Of a stretch of 64,000 nucleotides of DNA, positions 12,742 through 26,480 are shown in pieces. The notes beneath the pieces were generated by a model. The model saw only the letters and a program-made list of their open reading frames with translations. It was not told the origin of the DNA and searched no databases. Made by a program: the position numbers and the translations under genes. The DNA lies in contig OX597822.1 in assembly GCA_951406725.2 (NCBI GenBank), positions 86,428,001 through 86,492,000 of the forward strand. The letters run 5' to 3'. The stretch is from Octopus vulgaris. Taxonomy: Eukaryota. How positions within the stretch are numbered: the first letter of the stretch is position 1; every line of letters starts with the position of its first letter.

Positions 12742-13130
12742 ACTGTGGTAAGTAGCTTGCTTACCAACCACATGGTTCCAGGTTCAGTCCCACTGTGTGG
12801 CACCTTGAGCAAGTGTCTTCTACTTTATTGCCTTGGGCTGACCAAAGCCTTGTGAGTGGATTTGGTAGACGGAAACTGAAAGAAGCCTGTTGTATATATG
12901 TATATATATATGTGTGTTTGTGTGTCTGTGTTTGTCCCCCACAGCATCGCTTGACAACCAATGCTGGTGTGTTTACGTCCCTGTAACTTAGTGGTTCAGC
13001 AAAAGAGACCGATAGAATAAGTACTAGGCTTCCAAAGAATAAGTCCTGGGGTTGATTTGCTCGACTAAAGGCGGTGCTCCAGCATGGCCGCAGTCAAAAT
13101 GACTGAAACAAGTAAAAGAGTAAAAGAGTA
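12742..13130 (+). mobile_element. tRNA-derived SINE (family A), slightly 5' truncated
   Basis: Same body and tail as the 10218 copy. Confidence 0.88.
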
Positions 13131-13199
13131 CTGTAGCATACGTTTATACACAACTAAATACTAACGCAAAGAGTAAATCAATAATAAACAAACAAATAT

Positions 13200-15362
13200 A
13201 TTAGAATAAAACTCTAAGATGACTACTCAATAACAACAAAAATCTAAAAACAATTGGTCTGAGAATGAAATAGACATGATAAATTCATGGTACTGTCTTG
13301 CCCAAATGGAAAACATAGACACATTATGTTGCAGACATACGATTCAACGTTTCAGAAATCACTCCAAGCAGATTCAAAACAAACTTAAACAAATTGAAAA
13401 GGCATTTAAATTAATTAATAGACATTTTGTAAAACTCCAATGCGCTTTCTCTTCAAATTCTGGTCAACACCAACAAGAACAACCATCACAGCAGGAACAA
13501 CTGACCCAGCCTCAACTTTTAACACACCTTAATTCAACCATAATTGATGACCTACTCACAACAGTCGCTACCATCAAAGTGCACAATCTGAAACAACTTC
13601 ACCACCACCACTACCATCACCCTCACCAAATACTAAATCAAACTTGAAAAAAACAATTCATGTTACACGGAACCCTAGAATCTGCCTCTATTCCCAGCGT
13701 AACAAATTATGTCTACAGCATAATTGCCATTTACCCATCTCCCGGGGACTTATCACACAAATAAAAATATAAACAAGAGCCCTAACCAATACAAAACGCA
13801 CAACCACAAACATTTCTAGTTCTCCAAACAGAATTCTTTTTTAGCCATAATGAATCTGGCTACAAAAAACATTCTAGCCATCACACAAGGCCATCACCCT
13901 ATCGCACAAACTCCCATTGCTGCCCTTAACAAGCAAATCACTAAAGCAATCAAAACCAGTCACCACCATTGCTTCAACATTTTTGCTCAATGCACAAGGC
14001 ATCAGCCCTTCCACCTATGCCCAGAAATGGAAGATCTAATTTATTGAGGACTGGGTTAGTGATCATCCACACAATATCCCTTTATTTGTACTCACAGAGA
14101 CCCACCTCAATAACCTCCAATTGGAAGCTGATGTGAGAGTGAAGAATTTTACAGCCGTCCATGCAGATCATGTTGGCAGAAGAAAGGATGGGACTGACAT
14201 TTTCATGCACGATTCTTTTTCGGCTGAAGCAATGGACGTATTTACCAATGGCTACTGTGAGGCAGCTTCTGTGTTTAGTAAAACCAACAATAGCAGTTGG
14301 CCTCTATAGGCCATCCCTAACTCCATTTCTATGCTTCAAGGAATGCCTCACCAGTATTAAGTGTTTCATCCATCAGTGTCATGCTGACAACATATTAATG
14401 ATTGGGGACTTCAACCTTCCCAGTGTTGATTGGTCCACAAACAGCTTGAAACCAAGTTTTTCCACCCCAACCCCTGATAAGGAAGCAATCAAATTGATTT
14501 CATGGATGAGTTTTTCCTGACCCAACTTGTTCGTGTACCAACAAGGTGTCACAAAAACACCTTGGACTGAGTGTTCAGTAACCACAGAGACACTATCCTC
14601 AATATTGCAGTGGAAAAAACACCACTACTCTCAGACCATGACATGGTTCTCTGCGATCTGAGATTCCACCACCCAAATATCAAATCCAGTGACATCTCTC
14701 CAGTCCATCCATTTGACACTATAGATTTTCATAACGCAGACTGGAATGCGATCAATCATAATCTTTAACAGGTTGATTAGGCATTCATGCACCTCCCTCC
14801 AACATAAACATCATGACAGACATTTGTAGATATGGTGACAAATATATGCACAAAACATACTCCATTAAGATCAGTATACAAATCTAAGTGCAGAATCCTG
14901 AGAAATAGAAGAGCAATTATCATAAAAATGAAAAGAATTAACAAGAAAATCAACCAACTTAAATGCTGCCAGTAGCAACGCACCCATTCGACTGCCATTG
15001 CATCACTCAAATCAAAAAAAACACGACCTCCAAAAAAGGAAGATGACCATCATCAAAAGTCAAAGAGCAGCTGTTAGGCCATTGAGAAAATAAAACTCAA
15101 TCCCAAGATGTTCTTTTCATTTACAGAAAAACATAAAGACGCTGTTTCCACTGTTGGTCCACTGGTTGAGAACCACACTCTACATGATGATAGAAAATCC
15201 ATGTGTGAGGTACTGCAGAGACAATACTGATCTGTCTTCAGTAAACTTAATGTGGTTGATCTTGCTAGTATCAGTGATGTAAACCCTCAACTAACCATAT
15301 CTGACAACTTTTGGTGCTCCAGATATCCTAAGAGAAATAGATAAGATCAAGCACAACTCGGC
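13200..15362 (+). mobile_element. CR1/Jockey-group LINE 5' half (ORF1 remnant plus APE endonuclease), degenerate
   Basis: APE motifs LFVLTETHL, GLYRPS, MIGDFNLPSVDW, NTLD*VFSN, LSDHDMV, then IKLNPKMFFSF..TVGPL. Confidence 0.8.
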
Positions 15363-15569
15363 AGTATGTATATACATATATATACATATATACAGACATA
15401 TATATGAAAAAATGTCCAGTTCCTTGGTTTTGTGTTTATGTTTTCGTTTCTCATTGTGTTTGACGTTTTTTTTTTGGTGTCCTGTACTCATATATGCATG
15501 TATATATACATGTAGAGGTAGGGACGTACATATATGTATGTATATATGCATATGTTTTATTTATTGATT

Positions 15570-15612
<43 letters not shown>

Positions 15613-15633
15613 TACATACATATACAAATACAT

Positions 15634-15683
<50 letters not shown>

Positions 15684-15696
15684 TTTGTATATGTAT

Positions 15697-15727
<31 letters not shown>

Positions 15728-15760
15728 CACACACATACATACATATACAAATACATAAAA

Positions 15761-15791
<31 letters not shown>

Positions 15792-15849
15792 GATATCAGA
15801 AATATTAAATTTCTAAATCTCTCATAGAGATATGTATGGTGGTGGGGCG

Positions 15850-16013
15850 ATAGAATGGTTGTATACTGTCAATCTAACGTGAACGTGACAGTAGGGGGTT
15901 ACACCACCGCTGTTTAGCCCTAGGAAGCATCGACGCCTCCTAGGGCTAAACAGCGGTGGTGTAACCCCCTACTGTCATGTTCACGTTAGATTGACAGTAT
16001 ACAACCATTCTAT
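15850..16013. repeat. Near-perfect fold-back palindrome (76-bp arms, 12-nt loop)
   Basis: 15850-15925 (atagaatggttgtatac...tttagccctagga) is the reverse complement of 15938-16013, with one mismatch seen. Confidence 0.9.
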
Positions 16014-16127
16014 ACATAGATACATATACAAATACATACAAATATACATATATATATATATGTATACACACACATATATACATACATATATACATACATA
16101 TATATATATACATATATATATATAAAA

Positions 16128-17370
16128 TTTTTTTTTCTGTAGTTTCAGCTCAGGGCTGTGGCCATGCTCATGCACTGCCATTTTGCTACACTGTTATTAC
16201 TGATAGCCTCCTTCAGTATGTGGCACTTTGTGAAGAATGGACTTTGATGTAGCTACCCTCATTTGCACCTCTTGCTGTGAAGTAGGTTCATCTGGGACTC
16301 TCAACAGGAAGAGGTCCAGCTTTGATTTAAAAATGCCTACATCTACTTTGTGCAGGTTGCTCAGGTTTTTTGGGAGAATATTAAAAAGCTGTGGGCCCCT
16401 GAAACCCAGGCTGTTGCAGTAACTGGTCCTGAAGCACAATGGCATTGATAGGACCTTTGGTACTATGCAGTATTGTCCTGTTCTGGCATTGGTGTAGTTT
16501 TCAGGGCCAAAATTTGGCACAGTTCCTTCCAGAATCTTCCAGATGTATATTCCTGCATACCTCTCCTGCCTTCTCTCCAGAGAGTAGAGTCTTAGCTTTT
16601 TCAGCCTTTCCTAATAGCTGAGCAGTTGCAAAGAGACGATTTTCTTTGTGAATCTTCTCTGGATTGCTTCAAGGTCTGCTGTTAATTTCACACTTTTGGG
16701 TGGCCATAGCTGGGAGCAGTAGCCCAGGCAGCTGAGGACGAATGTCCTCCAGAGGACCATCATGGTTTTCTTATCTCTGGTTCTGAATGTTCTCAGGAGC
16801 CATCCAGCCAGTCGTCTGCACTTTGTCGCCATCCGGGTATGTGCACTGGGAAAGAGGTATCATCACTCATGTCGATACCCAGGTCCGTCACTGATTTAGG
16901 CTCTGGAATTGAAATTCCCTGTGGATCAGTGTACCCTGTAAGTTTCATATTCAGTTTTGGACACTAGTAGCGCAGGGCTTGGAATTTTTCAGCATTAAAC
17001 TGCATATTATTATCCTCAGCCCATCTGTAAATTGAGTCCAACTCCTGTTGCAGATGTGCAGCATCGCTGGGGTTCTGTATTTTCTGAGAGACTTTTGTAT
17101 CGTCTGCGTAGCTTGCAAGGGCGGCTATCCAGGCACTTGGGGGCATATCTGAGAGGGCCACTATAAAAAGCAGTGGTCCTAAGACAGTGCCCTGTGAAAC
17201 ACCGCTCACTATTTGTATTTTCATAGAGGTGGCTCCATTAGCCACTACTGCCTGATTTCTATCTTTCAGAAAGTCACGTAACCACTCTCCAAGTTTTCCA
17301 GCTATGTCACACAGTTTGTGGCATATCATACCATGATCTACTTTGTCAAAATCTTTTGCAAAATCAAGGT
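16128..17370 (-). mobile_element. CR1-group LINE 3' half (RT, 3' UTR, A-rich tail)
   Basis: YLDFAKDFDKVDHG, GVSQGTVLGPLLF, ASYADDTKV, YCSQLWPP...LEAIQRRFTK, GPQLFNILPK..FKSKLDLFLLRVPDEP; the 3' UTR ends ctgaaactacagaaaaaaaaa. Confidence 0.9.
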
Positions 17371-17543
17371 ATGTTGTGAGTTAAAAGAAATAACAAAGAG
17401 TGACTAATCGCATGTATTGGAACAACATAGACAAATACAGGTCTATCAAATACCATAAATTCTTGATTTATTCAACTTAACTCTGACTCTAGAAGATGTG
17501 CCACAATTACCATGTGTCAATTCTTGAGTCTTGAGATATACAA

Positions 17544-17665
17544 AGGGCTTCTTTCAGTTTCCATCTACCAAATCCACTTGCCCAAGGTGCCATGCATTGG
17601 GGCTGAACCTGGAACTATGTGGCTGGGAAGCAAGCTTCTTACCACACTGTGTTGCCTGCACCTAT
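17544..17665 (-). mobile_element. SINE family A, partial
   Basis: ggcttctttcagtttccatctaccaaatccac...aagcttcttaccacac. Confidence 0.75.
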
Positions 17666-18127
17666 ACCCACACCTATATGTGTGTGTTTGTGTGTGTGTA
17701 TAGACTACATTTTTGTTATTTGTATTAAGATTAGAAAGAATTATTTGGATTATGATAACAGGGATGTGCCAGAAATCAGTGAATGCTCTTTTATGTAGAT
17801 TGTGAAGAAGAATGCTGAGTGTAGAAGGAAATTATAAATATTCTGGTACTTGAGACGCGAGTTGTACTTTTCACAGCACCCAACACCATTCTTGTTGGTT
17901 CTCATCTTCCCTTCACTAATTTGACAATACTTAATGTAAGCAAATCCTTCATTATGTTATATTCATAAGTTCTTTTTCTTTTCTTTTTCTGGTAAGGGAT
18001 TGCATTTATTTCGGTATTTATATCTTAGTATTTACTGACGTAAGCACTAAGAACATGTTTCTTCATATTCTTACTGTATGTTTTGCTGTTATAGTTGCTT
18101 TGTGGATCAACATTGGCAATTTAACTA

Positions 18128-18735
18128 ATCATCATCATCATCATCCAGTGTTTTAAATCCGGGTTTTGTTGCCATTAACGGGGGTGGTGGCTGGATCTAC
18201 CTCAGTGCCATAGCAGCTGCCCTTACACTATCTTGCTTGGTTTTGGCCATTCTCCTTCTTCAAACCAACCCTCCCAATCTCCTCCTCCACCTATCCCCTC
18301 CACCTTTTCCTCAGTCTACTTGCTTTCACGCTCCATTTACCTGAAATGCAGTCACCCTCCTCAGAACGTGCTCCTCATCCCACCTCAACACATGCCCATA
18401 CCACCTCACTCTGTTTGCCCTTGCCAACCATTCCACCGATTCCTCCAACCCCAACTTTCCCATCCAGTCCTCAGTCCTCCTCTTATCAAACAGCTTCACC
18501 CCACACATTTCTCTCACCATTGCTCTCTTCATCCCACTTGCCATCACCTTTGTCTTCCCAAAGTTTATCTTCAAACCCTTGCTTTCAAACGCCTCCTTTC
18601 ATTTCCAAAACTTCTCCCTCAATCCCTCCATCATCTCACTCATCAGAACAAGGTCATCCACATACACTATCTCCATTATCAATCCCTCTCGTGCACTCTC
18701 CATCACCACATCAACCATTATTGCAAACAACAGCA
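18128..18735 (-). mobile_element. RTE LINE 3' fragment
   Basis: MKINFGKTKVM...MVREMCGVKL...ANRVRWYGHVLRWDEEHVLRR; (GAT)n tail. Confidence 0.8.
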
Positions 18736-19022
18736 ACTAATATTTGTGTTCTTTGAAAAGAAGTTTAAATTTTCTTTCATTCATTCAGTGGTTTATAAAT
18801 TTTCTGTTGCTGTAAATAAACAGTGTGTATATGTGTGTGTGTTACTCTTCACCCCCAACTGATCCTTTATCAGTCAGATCTGTGATCAATCAAACATGTT
18901 CTAGCTTTGTCCTGATATTTTATAGACTCATGGCTATATTGTCAAATGTGTCATTATTTTTTAAGGTAAAATTTTAGTAAGATTTGGCTGCTATTTCTAG
19001 CAGGTCGAGTGATCACATAGAT

Positions 19023-19186
19023 CAGTGGTTCACAACCTTTTTAATATCTGAGCCAAATCTAAAACCTGAATTTTTTAAGGGATCCACACAAAAATACAGT
19101 AAAACACAAGTCAGTTAAAGAAAAATTTATTTATAGAGGGAAGACTGTCAAAAGGACGCTTGAGAAGATGCAGTTGAGAACTGCTG
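19023..19186. mobile_element. hAT-type MITE
   Basis: TIRs cagtggttcacaac / gttgagaactgctg; 8-bp TSD acatagat / acatagtt. Confidence 0.75.
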
Positions 19187-19680
19187 ACATAGTTACAACC
19201 TCATTAGCTTAGTATTGTTGTAATGTTTGTATAATAAACATCATTTATCAGTCAAAATCATTGCACATGTTGTTAACTATAGCCTGAAATGTGTAATAGT
19301 TCTATTTTTGTTTGCTGAAAGCCTATTTATCTTCAAAATAATCCTAGATGTACTTTCATCTGTTGTAAAGATTAAGGTAAGGCATAACCTCAAGCTTGTA
19401 TCTCAAATTACTTTATAACAAATAATTTATATTTGCTGTGAAAAATAATTGTTTCAATTTCCATGGTAACAACAACATAGTAAAGTAAAAAAATAGATTT
19501 TTTCTTTGCTGTATGTCACTGTCACTAAAATATAGATTTAGTTAAAATTTAGTCTAAATTATAGATGCAGTTTATACTTAGATACATCTAAAGTTTACAA
19601 TCAAAAGCATTAACACGAGTTAGTTCTTCAGTATTTGAAAATAAAGAAGTTAGTGCAAAAATAAATGTCCTACGTCAATA

Positions 19681-20035
19681 GGTGCAGGTGTGACTATGTG
19701 GTAAGAAGCTTGCTTCTCAAGCACATGGTTCCAGGTTCAGTCCCACTGTGTGACATCTTAGGTAAATGTCTTCTACCATAGCCTCAGGCTGAACAATGTG
19801 TGGGTTTGGTTGACGGAAACTGAAAGAAGCCCATTGCATATACATGTATGTCTGTATTCCCACTACCACCACCTCTTGACAACTGGTGTTGGTGTGTCAA
19901 TGTCAGCAAAAGAAACTGATAACAATAAGTACAAGGCTTTAAATAATAGAACTGGGGTCAACTCATTTTACTAAAAAAAATTCTTTAGCGTGGTGCCCCA
20001 GCATGACCATAGTCTAATGAGTGAAACAAGTAAAA
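19681..20035 (+). mobile_element. SINE family A, diverged
   Basis: ggtgcaggtgtgactatgtggtaagaagc...ggttcagtccc...gtgccccagcatgaccatagtc tail. Confidence 0.8.
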
Positions 20036-20576
20036 ATTGAAAGATCCAGTCTGTTTTACTCTATAATCCTTTATTTATTTAAAAAAAACTGTTTTGAGCT
20101 TCGAAAATTGATCTAAAAAATCTCTCAGAGAATCTTCTTCAAGACTTTACTTGTAAAAATGCACCCAAAGAATTATTTTCATGAGACTAAAATAGCCAAA
20201 GAAATCCAAAACTATTTTGAAATTCCTTGTGTTTTTAACAGGCTTTTTGATAAATGATTGTTTGTGATAACCAGAAGCTGTTCTGTTTTTGAAAAAGTGC
20301 ATTACCATACAGATTATAATTTGAATGGAACAGTTATAAAAAGCACAAAGTTCCAGAACCATTATTTTTATACTTTTATATACTGGCTGCCAACTAAATT
20401 GTACTTTTAGAGTTCTTCTCTGTAAAAATATCAGAGATTCTCACTGGAACAATAACACAGAGATTTGGTACACTGCCAAATATGTCAGGACCATATTAGA
20501 TTATGTTTCATGAACTTATCTCATTCAATTGGTTTTTGTATGATTTGACTGTGATAGTGTTGTTGTTGCTTAGCTT

Positions 20577-20697
20577 CACTAGCGTAGCTAGAGTGTGTGC
20601 TGCCCCTGGACCCCACAAAAAATACATATTGCCTATAGCAGACCCAAAATGCCACCTGGGGTGAACTGCCCTACCCCTACTCCTAGCTGTGCTAGTG
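20577..20697. mobile_element. Small MITE (hAT-like)
   Basis: TIRs cactagcgtagctag / ctagctgtgctagtg; imperfect 8-bp flanks cttagctt / catagctc. Confidence 0.6.
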
Positions 20698-20979
20698 CAT
20701 AGCTCTGAGTCAGCACTGATCCAGCAGATCAAAACTGTTCCAGCTGTGAGGACCTTCTTGTTTTTTTTTAGGGATATATGGATATATATGATGATAATAT
20801 CTGATGTATCCCACACCGCTGTACTTAAGATAATAATATGTGATTTGAGGCGCCTTGGGTGCTATTTCTATTGAGAGACCATGTAAAAGCCCCAGTGTTG
20901 GTGGTGAACATATATTATAAGCCATATGTTTCAGCTCCTGGTGTCAATAATCAGTATAGTCATGTCCTAGAATCTATTC

Positions 20980-21067
20980 CAGCAATTTTCAAACTTCTTT
21001 CTTGAGATCCATTTTATTTATCTCATGACCCACTGAAGGGTCGGGACCCACAGTTTGAAAAATGCCG
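20980..21067. mobile_element. 88-bp hAT-type MITE
   Basis: TIRs cagcaattttcaaact / agtttgaaaaatgccg; perfect 8-bp TSD atctattc on both sides. Confidence 0.8.
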
Positions 21068-22178
21068 ATCTATTCTGTTACCCAAGCTAAAAGAGTTCAA
21101 AGAAAGATTTACTAAAATGTTCTCCAGTTTCATCCAAGGAGGATTTAAACAAAACCTGGCATCCTATCACTTCTCACCAACACAAATATCTTCATTGCTG
21201 TTTTTTTTTCAGTGTCTCTCCTCCTCCCCACCACCACCATCATCATCCTCATCAAACATCCATTTTCCATGCTGACATGAATTGGATGGTTTGACAGGAG
21301 CTGCACCTGGCTCCAGATATCTATTCTGACATGGTTTCTACAGTTGGATGCCCTTCCTAATGCCAACCATTTTAAAGAATGTACTGGGTGCATTTTATGT
21401 GGTGCCAGCACAGGTGCTTTATATGTGGAACCCCTGCTCTCTATCTACAACTATTTGCAATTACATAGAATAAATAATTAGTATTTTCACAGTGACATAT
21501 GGCAACAATGATAACAGAATTATAGAAGCAAGTTCAAATTCAGTGCAGATATTTTGTTATGTCTCTCTGAATACTGGGAAAGATATTTTTGATGTGGTTT
21601 ACCCCTCATCTATTTTAGTGCAATGAAACCAAATTTAAGCAAATTTTTAGAGACATTTACAACAGACAAACAGCTTCATCCTAAAACCAAGCCAGATATC
21701 CTCTTATGTATATTTCATCACTGTTTTGTGACTTAGGTACTTTTATAGATCTTTCAACATTGTCCATTGATGTTTAGTATGGTGGTCAGTCATATAGTCT
21801 CAATTGCTGGCTGTCCACAATGTGAGGTTGGTTGCATGTGAAGACAGTGACCACACCAAAATTTTATTGAATTTCCAAATAACAGAGAAAACAGGATTTT
21901 TTTTTTTGTAAGTGGCAAAGTGGAAGATGCACAGGTGCCATAAAGTGCAAAGACACATAGGGAATTGATTTTCTCAAATATCCTGGAAGTTCCCTAAAGG
22001 CAGTAGATAGTTTCTGTTTCCTAGGCAACCTAATTAATAGTGAAGGAGGATGTTCTGAAAGTGTAGTCATTAGAAAAAGAATAGAATGGAGGAAGATCAG
22101 AGTGCTATTATCTCTATAGCAACAAAAGGTCTCTCTCTCTCTCTCTCTCTCTGAGTGAAAGGCAGATTGTATGATGCT

Positions 22179-22229
<51 letters not shown>

Positions 22230-22230
<1 letters not shown>

Positions 22231-22610
22231 CAACAATGCTATATGGTTGTGAGATATGGCCCTGGATGCAGAGAACATGTGGAGACTAGAGAGGAAAAAA
22301 GCTGGAATGCTCCATTGGATGTGCAATGTCAAAGTGCATGTATGACAAAATGTTAACGTATTGAGAGAAAAGTTAGGCATATGAGGAATTGGATGTAGTG
22401 TGCAAGAGAGAAGACTGTGATGGCTTGGTCATGTGATGTGTATGGATGAGGACGACTGCATAAAGAAGTGCTGATCACTTAGATTGGGTGGAAGTTGCTG
22501 AAGCAGGAGATCCAGGAAGACAGGGAACAAAGTATTGAAGACTGATCTTGGGAAACTGAGCCTAGATGACAAAAGGACCGAGATGACTGGCATTTTGCTG
22601 TAGTTGACTG
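22230..22610 (+). mobile_element. RTE LINE 3' fragment
   Basis: Homologous to about 8680-8870 (WMCNV, LREKLGI, W.GHVMCMDEDDCIKKC). Confidence 0.7.
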
Positions 22611-22746
22611 TGATAAGAGAGAGTAAATGATGGAGAACAATAGAAGGGAACTTAGGGTTATAATTGCAAGTTTCATTCTACAGCAAAATATGATGCTTTC
22701 AATATAAAAATATACTTATCTATCCATCAATACACACACACGCACG

Positions 22747-22791
<45 letters not shown>

Positions 22792-23524
22792 TGTTAAGGG
22801 AAGCTGGAGCATGGCAATTAGAGAGGCATTGTGCTGATTTAAGAGTTGTAGTGGTGAAACGAGTGAGTTGAAGATACAGTGATAGTAGTAGAGTAACAGT
22901 GACTAAAAAGAGAACATGAAGAATCTATTGGTACTGATGTTTATCTGAGTGAAGTCTGGTGTTGAAGAGCAGCTTAAGTTGTTGATGTGAGAATGTTCCA
23001 GTAGAGTACAAATGTTAAAAGTATACATCATAATAACGAGTGTTCCTACTTGCATTTTACTGATCTTGAGAAGAGTGTGATTGTCACATAATCTCATTTT
23101 CCCCATATTAAATTTGTGGTTGTAGGTTTAATTTAGAGTTTAATATCAATATATATAAAATAAGATGTGGTGAAGTAGATGAATGACAAAACAAAGCATC
23201 AAACAATATTTATTTTTGTTCTTTTAGTTTCAAAACTTTCTTTCAGACCAATAAAATAAGTAGTTGGTGAGGGGCAGGGGGCATTCAGTCAATTCTATCT
23301 CTCTTCTGCCAATTCATTGGCAACAAACAATAACAGCCCTCAAATCACAGCCTAATGTCCTAAAAACATGGAAGACTGCAGATTGGGTAATGTAGTCCTA
23401 GGTATACAATGCTTAAGTAAAACAAGATAATCATGATTGGAATACTTTTGGCCAAATGTTTGAGGAGTTGGCTCTGGTCTACAACTCAACAACAACGAAC
23501 TTATAGCCTTATATTTATATCATT

Positions 23525-23760
23525 TATCTTTTACTTGTTTCAGTCATTAGATTGTGGCCATGCTGGGGCACTGCCTTGAAAAGTGTTTAGTCAAATAAAA
23601 CAATCCCAGTACTTATTTAGAAAAAATTTTCAAAGTTTGGTACTTATCCTATTGGTCCGTTTTGCTGAACTGCTAAGTTATGGTGACATAAACCTCCTGA
23701 CACTGGTTGTCAAGGGGTGGGGTGGGGAGACAAGCACAAACACAAAAACAGACACTCATA
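23525..23760 (-). mobile_element. SINE family A 3' part
   Basis: cttttacttgtttcagtcattagattgtggccatgctggggcactgcc is the reverse complement of the family tail. Confidence 0.75.
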
Positions 23761-25189
23761 AGAAATAAAGTATTTGTAAAATCAAGTGTGCATTTCCTGT
23801 TTGCCAACTTCAACACTTGAACGCATTTTCCCTTCATCTTCAAATATCGTTTTTACAGAAAGAAACATCACAAAAACGTCATAAAAGATGATATTGAAGA
23901 TGACCTCAATTGTTGAACACTGGATTGGTTATATACTTTACAGTGATTATTCTGAGTTCAAATCCTGGTTGAGGTCAACATTTCTTTCCTCTCCCAAATC
24001 TTGGTAAATACCAGTAATATATAAAGTGTTCCTTCGCAAAAATTTCCATTTGACGTCCACTTTTAAATGCTTGCATGGGTCAGATGGGATTTATTGAAGA
24101 TTTTCTATGGCTGAATGCCCTTACTGTTGCCAATGCTCACATGTTTCCAAGCAAGGCAAGATTTCTTCAGGGATGGTCATGTTTTTCATAGAAGTGTGGA
24201 AATGAAGAACATCATTTGTATGATGGTGATACTCATTTACAACCATCACATGATGGATGTAAATATGAAGGGTACACACACACACACACAGAAGTTTCTT
24301 TTCAGTTTCCATCTCTAAGTCTACTCACAAGGCTTTGATTGACCTGGAGGATAGCAGAAAACATTTGCCCAAAGTGCTGGGCAGTGGGACTGAACCCAAG
24401 ACCAAATGATGGGGAAACAAACTTCTTAACCACACAGGTGTCCAGCAAAAAAATAATTTTGTACATCAAAAAGGGAAAAATTAATAGACATCCATTAAAT
24501 GCTTCATGCTACGGAATTAAAAACACACAAACTTGAGGTCAGCTTCTCTTATTTCTTCTGAATCATCAAAAGAGTAAATATGTGCCATATCAGATGTTAC
24601 AATACATATCAGGTGTTACAATACATCAATATGTGCCATACCAGGTGTTACAATACATCATAACATAGAGCAATTATAGTTCAGTATATATTTATCAATC
24701 TGCTGTAGTATGTATATGTGTGTGTAGTTTGCAAAGTTAATTTTGTTTTTTAATTCTTCTAATTAAACAGTTTCAGTTAGACATGAAACAAAATCATCAT
24801 CATCATCACTATCATTTAATGTCCATTGTCCATGCTGGCATGGGTTGGATGGTTTGACCAGGGCTGGTAAGCTGAGGGGCTGCACCAGGTTCCAGTCTGA
24901 TTTGGCATGGTTTCTACAGCTGGATACCCTTCCTAAAGAGTGTAGTGGGTACCTTTTACATGCTACCGACATGGGTGCCAGTTATGTGACACTGGCATTG
25001 GTCACATTGCTTCCATGAAGCTACAAACATCCCAAATTTGCTTTTGTGGAGGATTGCAAACAAATTCCTGTTAGTAAGAAAGTTATATTGTAATGTGATA
25101 TATTACATTTACACATGTATATAACATAAGCACATGTGTGTATATTACTTATACACATGTGTTTACGTGTAGGAAGTTCATGAGAGAAA

Positions 25190-26480
25190 TGCCTTCTATC
25201 ACTTCCTCGACCTCCATACCATTCTCTATTCTACCACCTCCACCATTCTCTATTTAACTGAATTCATTCTTACTTTCAGTTTTTCTCCTTCATTAGCAAG
25301 ATTTATCAACTCTAGGATGGCCTTGAGCATAAGACTGGGCCCCAACTCTGCCAATCTATTCATGACAAAGATCCCAAATCTTTTCCTATATCAAGGCTAT
25401 ATGGTTGCTACATAACTGTATCAGCATTATCTCTCTCTTTTCTGTGGGAAGAGCTAAACTCCTTAATTCCCTCCGTCACCTCTTTTGATCCCTCTTCCCA
25501 TTTCACTTTCTACATTTAATTTCCTTGGCTTCTATTGATCAACCCACCAACTCACTCTCATTGACTCCCAATCTTTCTTTCCCCTTTCAACCTCCTAACC
25601 CACCCACACCAAACATACCACCCTTATTTCCAATTTCTCCATTTCTTTACCTACAACTATAACTTTGAGGCTCAGGTACCAACATGTTTCCAGCATTCAT
25701 ACCATTGACTACATCCCACCCTTTCTACCCCACGGCCTCTTATTTCCCCTCTCCTACCACCATTCCCCATTAATTCCCCATTATCCCGCCATCTCTGGTT
25801 CGACCATGTCACTTCCAGTTTCTTCCCTTGCCTACCACTTCCCACCTCCTTTCGTTACCATATTTATTTTGAGATGTTCTGTGTTTCTTTCAATTGATTT
25901 TAAATATAACAAAGAATTTAGTAAAATAACTTAGTTATCATTAAGCTAGGGTTGAGAACATAAATCATGACTAAAGTTTGGTGAAAGATTTTAATTCAAA
26001 ACTTATGAAAACAAAACATTTGTATTACAGAGCCAGAGGCGGTTTCAGCTGGGTTGCTATTGAAAGGGTTAATCATGCCTACAACTTCTACCGTCTCTAC
26101 ATCCACAGCCCTCACCTTCTATTCCTTAATCCTGTTGTTATTGCCACACCTACTGTTTCTTTCCCAACATCACGACCACCACCCTCATTGGATCCAACTG
26201 CTGTACCTTCCACATTAGGGATTTATTCTATCGCATTACTTGTAATCTTATCTATGAATTTCAGTGTTTCCACTGAGTTTTCATTTACTTTAAGCAAGCT
26301 GGTCACTTATTATTTGATAGATTTGCACTCTAACCACCTCTCAATCTTTGGCTCAATCTCCAATACCAGATTTCCTGCCTCTTGCTCTCAAAGAGAACAG
26401 GAGATTGTCATCTTTCTAAAGTCTGCCTACTTCCTGACTGCTTAAATTTCTCCCTTCAGTTTACTTAATCTGCTCTTTCA
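25190..26480 (+). mobile_element. Penelope-like element remnant (RT plus GIY-YIG), interrupted by a MITE
   Basis: GMALSIRLGPNSANLFM (GxAMGxxxGPxYANLFM-like), HP.HTK...FQFL, TCNLIYEFQCFH; highly degenerate. Confidence 0.55.
25848..26072. mobile_element. piggyBac-type MITE
   Basis: Ends cctttcgttacc ... gctattgaaagggttaa (AGGG-TTAA terminus). Confidence 0.55.

Noticed and set aside
13200-17370. Two opposite LINE halves as one 5'-inverted (twin-primed) insertion
   Set aside because: The geometry is wrong: the 5' half lies beside the 3' tail of the minus-strand half, and other repeats intervene. Treated as independent insertions.
18233-18862. 209-aa + strand ORF
   Set aside because: Antisense reading of an RTE LINE fragment.
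24578-24660. Short ~30-bp tandem repeat (atatgtgccatatcagatgttacaatacat)
   Set aside because: An ordinary local slippage duplication with no further structure.
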